From NCBI GenBank assembly GCA_903886975.1, contig CAISOB010000056.1, positions 4,935 to 68,934 of the forward strand: a stretch of 64,000 nucleotides of DNA. Reading direction: 5' to 3'. Positions 46,602 to 57,177 of the stretch are shown here, one piece after another. Each line of letters starts with the position of its first letter. The stretch's first letter is position 1. The DNA is from an uncultured beta proteobacterium. Lineage in GTDB: Bacteria; Pseudomonadota; Gammaproteobacteria; Burkholderiales; Rhodocyclaceae. The notes beneath the pieces were generated by a model, which was not told the origin of the DNA, made no database searches, and was given only the letters and a program-made list of their open reading frames with translations. Position numbers and translations under genes: made by a program.

Positions 46602-48425
46602 TTAAAAGAACATGGCTGGAAGGACCAGCGTAAACCACGGAAACGCCGTAATAATGAACAGCCCGACGAGCAGACAAACGAGATACGGCATGAACGGCAC
46701 GATTGATTTCCCGATGTCCAGCTTGGCAAAGGCGCAGGCGATGTACATCCCCATGCCGAGCGGCGGCAGGAAAAGTCCGATCCCCAGCGAGGCGATCACC
46801 AGGATACCGAAATGCAACTGGCTGACTCCGAATTGCGCGCACAGGGGCAGAAAGATCGGCACGAGAATCAGCATCGCGGGAAGGCCTTCCAGGATGCAGC
46901 CGATGAGGATGAACGTCAGGTTGCACAACACAAGGAAAATCAGCGGCGAGCTTGACAGATGGACGATCGTTTGCCCGACCATTTGCGGGACCTGGGCGAT
47001 CGACAGAATCCAGGAGAGGATCGAGGCGGTCCCGACGAGGAACATCACGCTGCCCGTCATGATCGAAGATCGCAGCAGAATGGGGATCATGTCGCTCCAT
47101 TGGATTTCCCGGTAGACAAACTTCCCGAGAATGAAGGCGTAGAGCACGGCGATCACGGAAATTTCCGTCGGCGTCGCCGCCCCCGCGATGATGCCGCCTA
47201 AAATGATCACGGGAAGCATCAGCGGAACGATGGCCCCTCCCGTTGCCTTGACGACTTGCTTGAATGTGGCCTTTTCATCGACGGGGAGACCCTGCCTGAC
47301 GGCTTGATAATAGATCAGCGCCATGATGCAAAGGGAGATGACGATGGCCGGGAGAAACCCGCCCATGAACAGCGCGCCGACCGAGATGCCGGTCATTCCA
47401 CCGAGGACCACCATGAGAATGCACGGCGGCACGAGAATCCCCATCGCCGTGGCCGCTGAGACAATGGAAACGCAGGTTTCCGACGAATACCCTGCCTTTT
47501 TCATCGCTGGAATCAGCAGTGAAGCGATCGCCGAGACGTCGGCCACCGTCGAGCCGGAAATTCCGGAGAAGAAATATTCCGCGACCACCACGACCATTCC
47601 CAGGCCACCGCGGATATGACCCACCAGAACCTTCGCCAGAGCGACGAGCCGCACGGTCACCCCGCCGATATTCATCAGTTCGCCGGCCAGGATAAAGAAG
47701 GGCACGGCCAGAAGCGGAAAGGAATCGACCCCGCCGAACAGACGGGTATGGGTCACGACGAGCGGAATCTTCCCTTGCAAGAGCAGGAATTGCAGGCCGC
47801 CGATGCCAATCGCAAACGCGATCGGCATGCCGGCAGCGATGAAAACGAAAAAGGAAACGAGCATCACGGCAACGAGATTCCCGTTGGAGAATCCCCCTCT
47901 GCCGAAGACGAGGTAAAGGAATGCGCCCAGGGCGATGGAAGCGAGAAAGGAAACAACGAATATTTTTCTCTCCATCTTCAAGGCGCTAATCAGCAGATAG
48001 ATGGCCATCAGGGTGCCGGACAGCGCGATGGCGAAATAGAGATAGGAAAAGGGGATCATCATCACCGGCGTTAAATCGGTTGCCGTTTTCTGCATCATCA
48101 CGCCGCCCATGTAGGCGAGATAAATGCAGAAGTAGAGGATCAGGAAATCGGCGATCGCCGTGACATAAACCCGCGCCGCGGGTTTGAAGAGGCTGTGCAA
48201 CAGCGTTTCAACGGCGATATGGCCCTTCGTCTTGAGGGCCAGGAAGGCTCCCATAAAGGAGATCCAGATGAACAGGAGGCGCGCCATCTCTTCTGTCCAG
48301 TCGATCGGACTGTCGAAAACATAGCGGCTGACGACCTGGGCAAAGACGCATGCGTTCAATACCACCATGGCAATTGCAATGGTCCAGTCGAAAGTTTTCT
48401 CAGCGTGATTCTGCAAGGACGACAT
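46602..48425 (-). CDS. Fused TRAP transporter permease DctQ-DctM
   Basis: WTEEMARLLFIWISFMGA...GHIAV (DctQ), then LLAVPFFILAGELMN, ISGSTVAD and GILVPP (DctM). Confidence 0.92.
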   Translation of the reverse strand: MSSLQNHAEKTFDWTIAIAMVVLNACVFAQVVSRYVFDSPIDWTEEMARLLFIWISFMGAFLALKTKGHIAVETLLHSLFKPAARVYVTAIADFLILYFCIYLAYMGGVMMQKTATDLTPVMMIPFSYLYFAIALSGTLMAIYLLISALKMERKIFVVSFLASIALGAFLYLVFGRGGFSNGNLVAVMLVSFFVFIAAGMPIAFAIGIGGLQFLLLQGKIPLVVTHTRLFGGVDSFPLLAVPFFILAGELMNIGGVTVRLVALAKVLVGHIRGGLGMVVVVAEYFFSGISGSTVADVSAIASLLIPAMKKAGYSSETCVSIVSAATAMGILVPPCILMVVLGGMTGISVGALFMGGFLPAIVISLCIMALIYYQAVRQGLPVDEKATFKQVVKATGGAIVPLMLPVIILGGIIAGAATPTEISVIAVLYAFILGKFVYREIQWSDMIPILLRSSIMTGSVMFLVGTASILSWILSIAQVPQMVGQTIVHLSSSPLIFLVLCNLTFILIGCILEGLPAMLILVPIFLPLCAQFGVSQLHFGILVIASLGIGLFLPPLGMGMYIACAFAKLDIGKSIVPFMPYLVCLLVGLFIITAFPWFTLVLPAMFF

Positions 48426-48530
48426 TATTCAGCACACCTTTCGTATCGGGTGAAGACGTGTTACATGAGTGGAGAGGAATCGCCAAGGCGAGTCCTCTCC
48501 ACTGTGTCACTGACTTATGGGTTGAGAAAC

Positions 48531-49583
48531 TTAGTTCTTGCCGTACAGTTCTTTTCTGGATTTATCGATCTCTTTGAAGAGATAATCAACCCATTTCGCC
48601 GGAACCTTGGTCTTAACCCATTCGACGACCTTAGGCTGGGTTGCCTTGGCGAAGGAATCCAACTCGGCGGGGGTCGGCACATAAACCTCCATCCCCTTCT
48701 TGATCAGTTCATCCACACCAATCGCCGATGTGTACTGCTGCATGCCTCTATGAACAAGACCGGACGCCACTGCAGAATCTTCGACGATCCTGCGCAGATC
48801 CTTCGGCAGCTTCTGGAAGAAGGCATCATTCATGAAGGTGAAGTCAATGCTGTAGAGGTGTCCGTCCAGCGTCAGGTACTTTTGCACCTCATAGAACTTC
48901 ATGGCCACGATCAGGGAAACCGGGTTCTCCTGCCCATCGACAACTTTTTGCTGCAATGACGTGTAAGTTTCAGCCCAGGCAACAGGCGTCGGCGAGGCGC
49001 CCAGAGCCCTTACCATCTCCATGTGGGCCGGGTTCTCCATCGTCCTCATCTTCATGCCTTTCATATCCTCAGGCTTATGGATGGCGCGAACCCGGTTGGT
49101 GAAGTTGCGGTACCCGTTTTCGGTAATCGTGAGAGTCCTGACACCGGTCTTCTTCCGCATCTCCTCCATCAGGTCCCTGCCGAAAGGCCCGTCAAGGACC
49201 TTCCACGCGAGGGGCGCCGACTCGAAGAGATAGGGAATCCCCAGCACCAGGATTTCCGGAAAAATCCCAGGAACCGAACCTTCGCTCACATTGCACATCT
49301 CGACGGTACCCATCTTGACGGCTTCAAGCTGTTCGCGCTCGGATCCCAATTGGTTGGCCGGGTAAATCTCGACCTTGAGCCGGCCGTTCGATGCACTCTC
49401 GACCAGGTTCTTGAAGGTAACCGCGTCCCCATGCGCCGGGCCAAAAACCGGGTCCGGTGGATCGCCGTGGGCAAACTTGATCACAATGGGGGTCTCGGCG
49501 GCGGAAACTGCACTTAAACCCGACAGCGAAAGACTTAAAGCAAGGATAGAAACAGCCATCCCGAATAATTTTCTAATTCTCAT
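48531..49583 (-). CDS. dctP: TRAP solute-binding protein DctP
   Basis: IYPANQLGSE, NGYRNF, KMRTM (carboxylate-binding Arg) and VDGQENP. Confidence 0.93.
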   Translation of the reverse strand: MRIRKLFGMAVSILALSLSLSGLSAVSAAETPIVIKFAHGDPPDPVFGPAHGDAVTFKNLVESASNGRLKVEIYPANQLGSEREQLEAVKMGTVEMCNVSEGSVPGIFPEILVLGIPYLFESAPLAWKVLDGPFGRDLMEEMRKKTGVRTLTITENGYRNFTNRVRAIHKPEDMKGMKMRTMENPAHMEMVRALGASPTPVAWAETYTSLQQKVVDGQENPVSLIVAMKFYEVQKYLTLDGHLYSIDFTFMNDAFFQKLPKDLRRIVEDSAVASGLVHRGMQQYTSAIGVDELIKKGMEVYVPTPAELDSFAKATQPKVVEWVKTKVPAKWVDYLFKEIDKSRKELYGKN

Positions 49584-50144
49584 ATTGCCTCCCAGAAACG
49601 ATTAAGAATTTGCAAACAACAACGCCAGAGGATAGGAAATTCACCCCCAAGTGAAGTATCGCCGCGCTTTTGCCCATGTCAGCGGAGACCCGGTGCAACC
49701 TGTTAGCCTGACCGGAATTCCCCGAGTCTGCGAAAATGATTGTTGTCACCCCCTGCTTTTTTTGTGTATCAGCTTTTTTAAGTCTTATAGCACTAAGATT
49801 AAAATCTACATAATCGTATTATTCTATCGAATGATCTTAGAATCGGTATTGATATTTTCTGACACCCTAGGTCTCGCGGGTGCTTGCAAGCGAGAAGACG
49901 GTCCATATAGGACCTTCGAGACGCCAAATCCGGATTTTTGGCCAAAGGTCGGCGGTGCATTCATTTCCAGCCGTTCTGACTTAGGATGCATCCGCACTGG
50001 AGGCTAACCATCTGCCCATCGCTGTGCTGGCAGAACTAAAGAAAGGGCTTATCAGAAAATCTCGGAAGCCCTCACACTATTCTTGCCTGCCAACTGATCG
50101 ATGCAGTTCGCTTCATTCTGGGGCTGCTTATTTGTTCTGAAAGA

Positions 50145-51110
50145 TCAACCTTTTTGCAAGTCACCGACACGATGGCATGCGACAAAATGACTCGGCTCTA
50201 TTTCCATCAGCCTTGGTTCTTCCTTCGAACACATCGGAATAGCATAATTGCAACGATTGACAAACCGGCAAACCGGTTCGGGATTGATGGGGGATGTGAT
50301 CTCCCCGCGCAGCAGGAGCCTTTCCGGCCGATTGTGGATCCTTGGTACAGGAATCGCGGAAAGTAGCGCCTGCGTATAGGGATGCATCGGATTTGCAAAA
50401 AGCGCCTCCGAGGGTGCTTTTTCAACCATGCGGCCGAGATACATCACCGCAACATCATCAGAAAAATGATTGACCACCGCAAGGTTATGGGTGATAAAAA
50501 TGTAGGTCAATCCCATTTCCCGCTGAATCTTCTTCATCAAGTTCAGAATCTGCGCTTGAATGGAAACATCCAGAGCGGAAACCGGTTCATCGCAGATGAT
50601 GAACTTCGGATTCATGGCCAGCGCACGGGCGATCCCGATGCGCTGACGGCGGCCGCCGTCCAGTTCATGCGGGTAGGTGTTGACCAGTCGCTCCGCCAAA
50701 CCAACGGTATCCATCAGCTCCATGACGCGCATGAACCGCTGGTCTGGATCCGGAATCATATCGGACAGAATGAGAGGTTCTTCAATCGTTTGAGTAATGG
50801 TTTTGCGGGGGTTCAACGAAGAAAACGGATCCTGAAAAATCAGCTGCATATTCCTGCGCATATGCCGCATTTCCTGCTTGTTCAGTTTCAGTATGTCGAC
50901 ACCGTCGAAAATGACACTGCCGCTGGTCGGTTCCACGAGCCTCAGAATCGCGCGGCCAATCGTCGTTTTGCCACAGCCTGATTCGCCCACGATACCCAGC
51001 GTTTTCCCCCTTTCCAGCTTGAAACTCACGCCATCTACCGCATGGAGCATTCCTTTAGGTACTTTATAATATTTTTTGAGGTCCTTGACCTCCAATAGAA
51101 CGTCACTCAA
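50145..51110 (-). CDS. Oligopeptide/dipeptide ABC ATPase (OppF/DppF-like)
   Basis: GESGCGKT, FQDPFSSLNPR, DEPVSALDVS and C-terminal Cys-rich zinc motif. Confidence 0.94.
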   Translation of the reverse strand: MSDVLLEVKDLKKYYKVPKGMLHAVDGVSFKLERGKTLGIVGESGCGKTTIGRAILRLVEPTSGSVIFDGVDILKLNKQEMRHMRRNMQLIFQDPFSSLNPRKTITQTIEEPLILSDMIPDPDQRFMRVMELMDTVGLAERLVNTYPHELDGGRRQRIGIARALAMNPKFIICDEPVSALDVSIQAQILNLMKKIQREMGLTYIFITHNLAVVNHFSDDVAVMYLGRMVEKAPSEALFANPMHPYTQALLSAIPVPRIHNRPERLLLRGEITSPINPEPVCRFVNRCNYAIPMCSKEEPRLMEIEPSHFVACHRVGDLQKG

Positions 51111-51122
51111 AGCAATATCTCC

Positions 51123-52133
51123 TCACAGCATGCTCTCATTCGTGTCTGTGTATAAATGGCATTCCACGCAATGGGTTTCGCTGAGCCATTTATTTTCAGG
51201 CACAGACCGGGAGCAGACCTCCATCGCATAATCACAGCGGGGATGGAACGGACACCCGGATGGCAGGTTCGTAGGATCGGGCATCAATCCTTTGACGGGT
51301 TTGAGTTCGGAGCGTCTGGCCCCGATATCAGGCAGCGCATCGAACAGGCCCTTGGTGTATGGATGCCGCATATGGTCGAAGATATCTTCCAAGGTGCCAT
51401 GCTCGATAATTCGCCCGGCATAAGCGATGGAAACCTCATCACACACTTCGGCCACGATTCCAAGATCGTGTGTGATCATGAGCATCGACATATGATATTT
51501 CTGCCGCAGCTCATTGATCAGTTTGAGCACTTGCGCCTGAATGGTCACATCCAAAGCGGTCGTCGGCTCGTCGGCAATGAGCAGATTCGGATTGCAGGTC
51601 AGTGCGATGGCAATAACGACACGCTGCTTCATACCCCCGGAAAATTGGAATGGATACTCATTGGAACGCTCGCTTGGGATCCCGACCAGTTCGAGCATCT
51701 CTTTAGCCTGTTTAAGCGCCTCTTGCTTGCTGACCTTGCGATGAATCTCGATGCTTTCGGCAATCTGATCGCCAACCGTATGAACCGGGTTCAGCGAGGT
51801 CATCGGATCCTGAAAGATCATCGCAACCTTGTCGCCGCGGATAGCCTCCAACTCGAGCTCGCTCATCGCCAGAACGCTTCGGCCCTCGAGCAATATTTCA
51901 CCTGAAAGAATTTTCCCCTGCGGTTCCGGGACCAGATTAAGAATAGATAGCGCCGTGGTGGTCTTGCCGGCGCCGGTCTCGCCGACCAGACCCAGGGTCT
52001 TGCCGGCCTTGATTTCAATGTTCACACCGTTGACAGCTTTCACCACCTCGTCATCACTAATATAGTGAATCACAAGATTCTTTATCTCGAGCGTGGTTTG
52101 CTGTTCGTTCGGCTTTTTCATTTCCATATTCAT
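51123..52133 (-). CDS. Oligopeptide/dipeptide ABC ATPase (OppD/DppD-like)
   Basis: [26 protein letters not shown] and GCPFHPRC. Confidence 0.94.
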   Translation of the reverse strand: MNMEMKKPNEQQTTLEIKNLVIHYISDDEVVKAVNGVNIEIKAGKTLGLVGETGAGKTTTALSILNLVPEPQGKILSGEILLEGRSVLAMSELELEAIRGDKVAMIFQDPMTSLNPVHTVGDQIAESIEIHRKVSKQEALKQAKEMLELVGIPSERSNEYPFQFSGGMKQRVVIAIALTCNPNLLIADEPTTALDVTIQAQVLKLINELRQKYHMSMLMITHDLGIVAEVCDEVSIAYAGRIIEHGTLEDIFDHMRHPYTKGLFDALPDIGARRSELKPVKGLMPDPTNLPSGCPFHPRCDYAMEVCSRSVPENKWLSETHCVECHLYTDTNESML

Positions 52134-52134
52134 G

Positions 52135-53037
52135 CTATTTCAACCTCGGATCCAGCGCATCACGCAAGCCGTCGCCCAACAGGTTGAGCGAAAGGATCGT
52201 CATGAAAATCGCCATGCCCGGCGCGATGACGATGTAGGCGTAGTCACGCATGTAAACGCGGCCGGAGGCGAGCATGTTCCCCCATTCGGGAATAGGCGCC
52301 TGAATCCCGAGGCCGATGAAGCTCAGCGCCGAAATCGTCAATATTGCGTTGGCCACATACAGTGTGACTTGGACCATGATCGGGCCGAAGCAATTGATCA
52401 AGACATGATGGGTAATGATGTGGGTGTTGGTTGCCCCAATGGCTCTTGCCGCCTCCACATACTCGATGCCACGCACCGTCATCACCGCCGAACGCACCAG
52501 ACGTGAAAACTTTGGCGTGAAGGCGAGCCCGATAGCGATCGTCAAATTCACCAGGTTCGTGCCGAACGCAGCCACAATCGCCAGTGCCAGCAGCACGTCA
52601 GGCAGGCATAAAAACACATCCATGCAACGCATGATCACGTCGTCGATTTTGCCGCCCAAATAACCTGCAATGGCGCCCAATGCACCGCCGACGAATAAGG
52701 CAAACGCGATGGCCGCACAGCCGACCACGAGAGAGATGCGCGCGCCGTGCACGATGCGGGCCATGATGTCCCGCCCTAGTTCGTCGGTGCCGAAAATATG
52801 CGCGGCGCTTGGCGAGTGCAAGCGATTGGGCACATTGATTCGTATCGCCTCGGTGTCATAACCGGCGATCAATGGCGCAAAAATAGCGACGAGGACAATG
52901 AAAACAAAAATAACCAGGCCGACGACAGCCAGTTTATTGCGCAAAAATCGAGTCCAAATCTCCTGCAGGCGACTCTTCTTCTTGTATTGCTTGAAGAAGC
53001 CCTTTCTCGTTGTATATTTCGCTATCGTTTCGTCCAT
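52135..53037 (-). CDS. Oligopeptide ABC permease (OppC/DppC-like)
   Basis: [19 protein letters not shown] and PEWGNML. Confidence 0.94.
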   Translation of the reverse strand: MDETIAKYTTRKGFFKQYKKKSRLQEIWTRFLRNKLAVVGLVIFVFIVLVAIFAPLIAGYDTEAIRINVPNRLHSPSAAHIFGTDELGRDIMARIVHGARISLVVGCAAIAFALFVGGALGAIAGYLGGKIDDVIMRCMDVFLCLPDVLLALAIVAAFGTNLVNLTIAIGLAFTPKFSRLVRSAVMTVRGIEYVEAARAIGATNTHIITHHVLINCFGPIMVQVTLYVANAILTISALSFIGLGIQAPIPEWGNMLASGRVYMRDYAYIVIAPGMAIFMTILSLNLLGDGLRDALDPRLK

Positions 53038-53039
53038 GG

Positions 53040-53981
53040 CTAGTCCTTCCCCGCGCCGTACTGCGCTTTAATTCTGGGGTCCACGTACGCATAAACAATA
53101 TCGACGATCAGGTTCGAGATGGCGATGCAAACGGCCATGATGACCAAACAACCGATAACGGTGGGCGTGTCTCTCTTGTTAATCGATTCAAGCAGCAGTC
53201 TGCCTGTGCCGGGGATTGAAAACACCGTCTCGGTCAATACGACGCCGCCAAGCAAAGTGCCGATGTCCATGCCGATCACGGTAATCGTCGGCATCATGGA
53301 ATTCTGCAGCGCGTGTTTGATGACCACATCGACCGCCTTGACGCCTTTGGCCTTTGCCGTACGAATGTAATCCTGCCGTATGACTTCGAGCATCGAAGAA
53401 CGCGTGATTCTCATGATGTTAGCCATATAGTTGCCGCCCAGAGCAAGGCAGGGCAGTATGAAACTGGCAAAGCCATCCTCAAGGCCGCTCGAAGGCAGCC
53501 AGCCAAGGTGTACCGAAAAAAGCAGGATCAGCAAGAGTCCCAGCCAGAAGATCGGAAAGGATATGCCAAGGAGTCCGGCCACCATGGTCAAATTGGAGAA
53601 CACGGAATAGGGTTTGACCCCCGAGTAGACGCCAATAGGAACGCCCACAACGACACAGAACAGCATCGCACCCAACACGACCTCGAGCGTGTTGGGGAAA
53701 CGGGCCAGCAGCTGTTCGCCAACGGGAGCCCGGGTGATATAGGAAATGCCGAAATCGCCTTGAACCAGATTCGCCGTGTAGTGAAAAAACTGAACGAGGA
53801 ATGATCGGTCAAGACCTAATTCCGCTTTGACTCTCGCACTCGCCGCTTCCGTCCATTCATTTCCCAGGATGATGTTGGTTGGATCACCGGGAACAAACCA
53901 CATGATGGTGAACACGACGAACGTTACTGCCAGGACAACCGGAATCATGGCAAATAAACGCTTCACAATAAATTTGAGCAA
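53040..53981 (-). CDS. Oligopeptide ABC permease (OppB/DppB-like)
   Basis: VPGDP, LGLDRS, DYIRTAKAKG and YAYVDPRI. Confidence 0.94.
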   Translation of the reverse strand: MLKFIVKRLFAMIPVVLAVTFVVFTIMWFVPGDPTNIILGNEWTEAASARVKAELGLDRSFLVQFFHYTANLVQGDFGISYITRAPVGEQLLARFPNTLEVVLGAMLFCVVVGVPIGVYSGVKPYSVFSNLTMVAGLLGISFPIFWLGLLLILLFSVHLGWLPSSGLEDGFASFILPCLALGGNYMANIMRITRSSMLEVIRQDYIRTAKAKGVKAVDVVIKHALQNSMMPTITVIGMDIGTLLGGVVLTETVFSIPGTGRLLLESINKRDTPTVIGCLVIMAVCIAISNLIVDIVYAYVDPRIKAQYGAGKD

Positions 53982-54000
53982 CTAATTCACTCCCATAAAC

Positions 54001-54034
54001 GACATGTTCCCCAACTCAAGCCGGGGAACATGTC
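54001..54034. other. Intercistronic 12-bp stem-loop between SBP and permease
   Basis: GACATGTTCCCC-N10-GGGGAACATGTC with no U tract. Confidence 0.7.
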
Positions 54035-54068
54035 GGAGGTCCGTCGAACCTGAACTACAGCAGCTGGG

Positions 54069-55625
54069 TCAATAGTGCAGTTTGTAGTAGTTGTGGGGCA
54101 TCTCGACGTTGATCTCGATGCCCTTCAGATCTTTATTGGCGAGCGCATACATGGTGTTGACATACAAGTCGGCCTCAGGCGCCTCGTCGGCCATGAACGT
54201 CTGGATTTCTTTATAAACTGCCGCACGCGGATTGTTATCGAAAGAAACGGTGCGCGCTTTGTCGATCATAAGATCCAGTACAGGGTTTTGATACCAGACG
54301 CGATTTACGCCGCCGATACCGGCCTTGGTAAACCGACGCGCCAGGAACATATCTGGATCCCAGTAACAACCCCAGCTGGTGATGAACATCGGCGCTTTGT
54401 GGGCCTGAATGGTTTGCGCAAATACGGCGTTCTCGATTCGCTTCACCGTCGCATTGATGCCGATGGCTTGCAAGTAAGACTGCACCAGCACGGCCATCCG
54501 TTCCGCCTCGTCACGGAAGACGATGATTTCGGTGTCGAATCCGGCAACACCCGACTGCTTCATCAGCGCTTTGGCCTTCTCGGGATCGTAGCTGTATTTG
54601 TTTCCGGGATTATTGACTGCGCCAAGAACGGTCGGAGCAAAGGTGGCATTGTTGAATACGACGGTGCCATGACCGTTGTGACCGACTTCGAGGAGCGCCT
54701 TGCGATCAACGGCAAAGTTGATGGCCTGACGAACCAGCTTGTTGTCAAACCCCTTTTGCGTGTTGTCGTAGCCCAGATGCCACATCGTTTGCGACGGGTG
54801 CTCCCAAAGCTGCAGATTGGCGTTGGCCAGCACGCGATCGTAATCGACGGTATCGAATACGACGTTGATATCCGCTTTCTTGGTTTCCACGGCGATCGTT
54901 CGGCCGCTGCCTTCCGGAATGATCTTGAAGGTCAGGGACTTGTTGAGCGCTTTGTCCTTTTGATTGAAATAGCCATCAAAACGCTCCATGACCACGCTGT
55001 CGCCGATCACACGGCTCTTGAACTTGTAGCGTCCCGTTCCGATTGGATTGCTCCAGTCTTTCGACACCTCGGCCTTTTCCAAGTAGGCCTTGGGAACGAT
55101 GCCGCATGAGACATGGGTCAACGCGGTGGGCAGCGCCGGATAGGGACCGAAGGTTGTTATTTGAAGCGTGCTGTCGTTAACCTTGCTAATCTTGTCCACC
55201 GGCTTGAACAAGGCGCCAATCGCAGTGCCTTTCTGGGTTCTCTGCAGGGAGTAGACAACGTCATCGACCGTCAAGTCCTTGCCGTCATGGGTTTTGACAC
55301 CCTTGTAAATTTCGAACTGCCACGTCGAATCATTGAGCCGTTTAAAGCTCTTGACCAATTCCGGCACGTTGCCGAGATATTCATCCTGCGCGAATAAATA
55401 GCTGTAGATGTTGGTAATAATGTATCGGTTGGAAAGGTCGGAAGTGTTGATCGGGTCGAAAGACACCATGTCCAGCTGCTGAACAACCGTAATGTTCTCG
55501 TTGAGCTTCGCGCCGGGTTCCACCTTGATGGTTGGCACTGCAAGCTTGGGTGGAACCGCGGATGCCACGGTTGAAATCACGCCTAGAGCTAACAAAATAG
55601 ACATTAATACAAGGCTCTTTCTCAT
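54069..55625 (-). CDS. Family-5 (OppA/DppA-like) substrate-binding protein
   Basis: Signal peptide; FDPIN, PIGTGRYKF, VRQAINFAVDR and YDPEKAK. Confidence 0.93.
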   Translation of the reverse strand: MRKSLVLMSILLALGVISTVASAVPPKLAVPTIKVEPGAKLNENITVVQQLDMVSFDPINTSDLSNRYIITNIYSYLFAQDEYLGNVPELVKSFKRLNDSTWQFEIYKGVKTHDGKDLTVDDVVYSLQRTQKGTAIGALFKPVDKISKVNDSTLQITTFGPYPALPTALTHVSCGIVPKAYLEKAEVSKDWSNPIGTGRYKFKSRVIGDSVVMERFDGYFNQKDKALNKSLTFKIIPEGSGRTIAVETKKADINVVFDTVDYDRVLANANLQLWEHPSQTMWHLGYDNTQKGFDNKLVRQAINFAVDRKALLEVGHNGHGTVVFNNATFAPTVLGAVNNPGNKYSYDPEKAKALMKQSGVAGFDTEIIVFRDEAERMAVLVQSYLQAIGINATVKRIENAVFAQTIQAHKAPMFITSWGCYWDPDMFLARRFTKAGIGGVNRVWYQNPVLDLMIDKARTVSFDNNPRAAVYKEIQTFMADEAPEADLYVNTMYALANKDLKGIEINVEMPHNYYKLHY

Positions 55626-56401
55626 ACTTTAGACCCCCTTAAGAATTCGCCAGTCCAATAAGCGCAAGGACTATTGAGTAATGAAATAAAAGAACTTCGC
55701 CGCCAAATTTGCCGCATAGCCGCTCACGACGGCGGTACTGAGCAATTTTGGATTCCACGCCTTTCCACCCGGATTTACTTCTGCCGACTTTACACGCTTG
55801 CGATCAATGTCCGAAGGACGAGGATAGGAAATTCAACTGCACAACCCAAAGTATCCTTGGCTTCTGCGCTTCGGTCAATGGCAAAATTTCGCCTTGAAAA
55901 CGCGAGTTAAACGGCGGGTTAGGCTTGCACCGCACTCCAACGATTGGCAATGCGGGGCGCCGTTTAGTGAATGACCGGTTCGACGCTAGCCTCGAGTTGG
56001 ACGGCGGTTCTAGAGAAAATTCCGGCACTTCTCTTCATGGCCGGTTCGCAAAGCTGCCCAATGACCGGCTCGGAGAATCGAAATGTACCCATCGGCATCC
56101 GGGGCCTGGCGGCAAAGCATTGAGTCGATTTCGCGGCAATGTGACCGCCGTTTCGGGCAACTGTCGTAGTAGCCTCATCCACGCTTGCGGCAGGTTCGGT
56201 CATTTCCTCGACCAGGCCACCCCGATGCGCGGAGTGCATGCCTTCGGTTTCGGGCAGCCCGGACTCGATGATCCGCGGAAGATCTTGGCCGGGACCGTGG
56301 AGAAAGGCGTGCAGATCGTGGGCAGCGGCGGAAATGAAAGGAATGCGATCGGGACCGATGGCCGGGAATTTGAGCACGCCTCGCGAAATGATCCGCGCAG
56401 A

Positions 56402-57145
56402 TCAATCCATGACAAAACCACCGTTCACATCCAGGATCTCACCGGTGATGTAACGGGATTTCTCCGATGCAAGGAAGGCGACGGCATCGGCCACGTCCTG
56501 AGGCCGGCCGAATTCCTTCCAGGGAATTTTCTCGGCGGTGGCCCGAATCGTCTCCTCCCCCCAGATCGCGGTCATGTCGGTGGCGATCGGTCCCGGACAC
56601 ACGGCATTGACGTTGATCTTGAACGCCGCGGCCTGCATGGCGAGGGATTTGGTGAAACAGATGACGCCGGCTTTGGAGGCCGAGTAATGCGCCCCGGCGA
56701 CGAGTCCGCCGATCTTGCCGGCGGCCGAGGCGATGGAGATGATCTTGCCGCTGCCCTGCTCCTTCATGACGCGAAACGCCTCCCGGCTCATCAGGAAGGT
56801 GCCGCGCATGTTCACGGCGAAGATGCGGTCCCACTCGGCGACCGTGATGTCGAGGATGGGCAACTCGCGGCCGATGGCGGCGTTGTTCACCAGGATGTCG
56901 ACGGTCGGCGAGAGCGCTTTCACCGCCTGGTATAAGGCAAGCACCGAGGCCTCTTCGCCGATGTTCACCTCGATCGCCACGGCCTTGCCGCCATGGCCAT
57001 TGATCGAAGCCGCAGTTTCGCGCGCCTTGGCGATTTCCATATCGGCCACCACCACCAGGGCGCCGGTTAATGCGAGCGTCTCGCAGATGGCCTTGCCGAG
57101 CCCCTTGGCTCCGCCGGTGACAATGGCTGTTTTCTGGTCGTTCAT
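56402..57145 (-). CDS. SDR oxidoreductase (FabG-like fold)
   Basis: TGGAKGLG, NNAA, YSASKAG, VCPGPI and ITGEILDVNGG. Confidence 0.93.
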   Translation of the reverse strand: MNDQKTAIVTGGAKGLGKAICETLALTGALVVVADMEIAKARETAASINGHGGKAVAIEVNIGEEASVLALYQAVKALSPTVDILVNNAAIGRELPILDITVAEWDRIFAVNMRGTFLMSREAFRVMKEQGSGKIISIASAAGKIGGLVAGAHYSASKAGVICFTKSLAMQAAAFKINVNAVCPGPIATDMTAIWGEETIRATAEKIPWKEFGRPQDVADAVAFLASEKSRYITGEILDVNGGFVMD

Positions 57146-57177
57146 GGGTTCTCCGTGGGGTTGTAGGATGGCGGCGC

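Noticed and set aside
55650-56400. Long non-coding gap with AATGACCGG repeated at 55970 and 56060; possible attC or IS remnant
   Set aside because: A 9-nt repeat without R''/R' boxes, terminal inverted repeats or transposase residue is too weak. The 336-aa track ORF there is antisense to the SDR.
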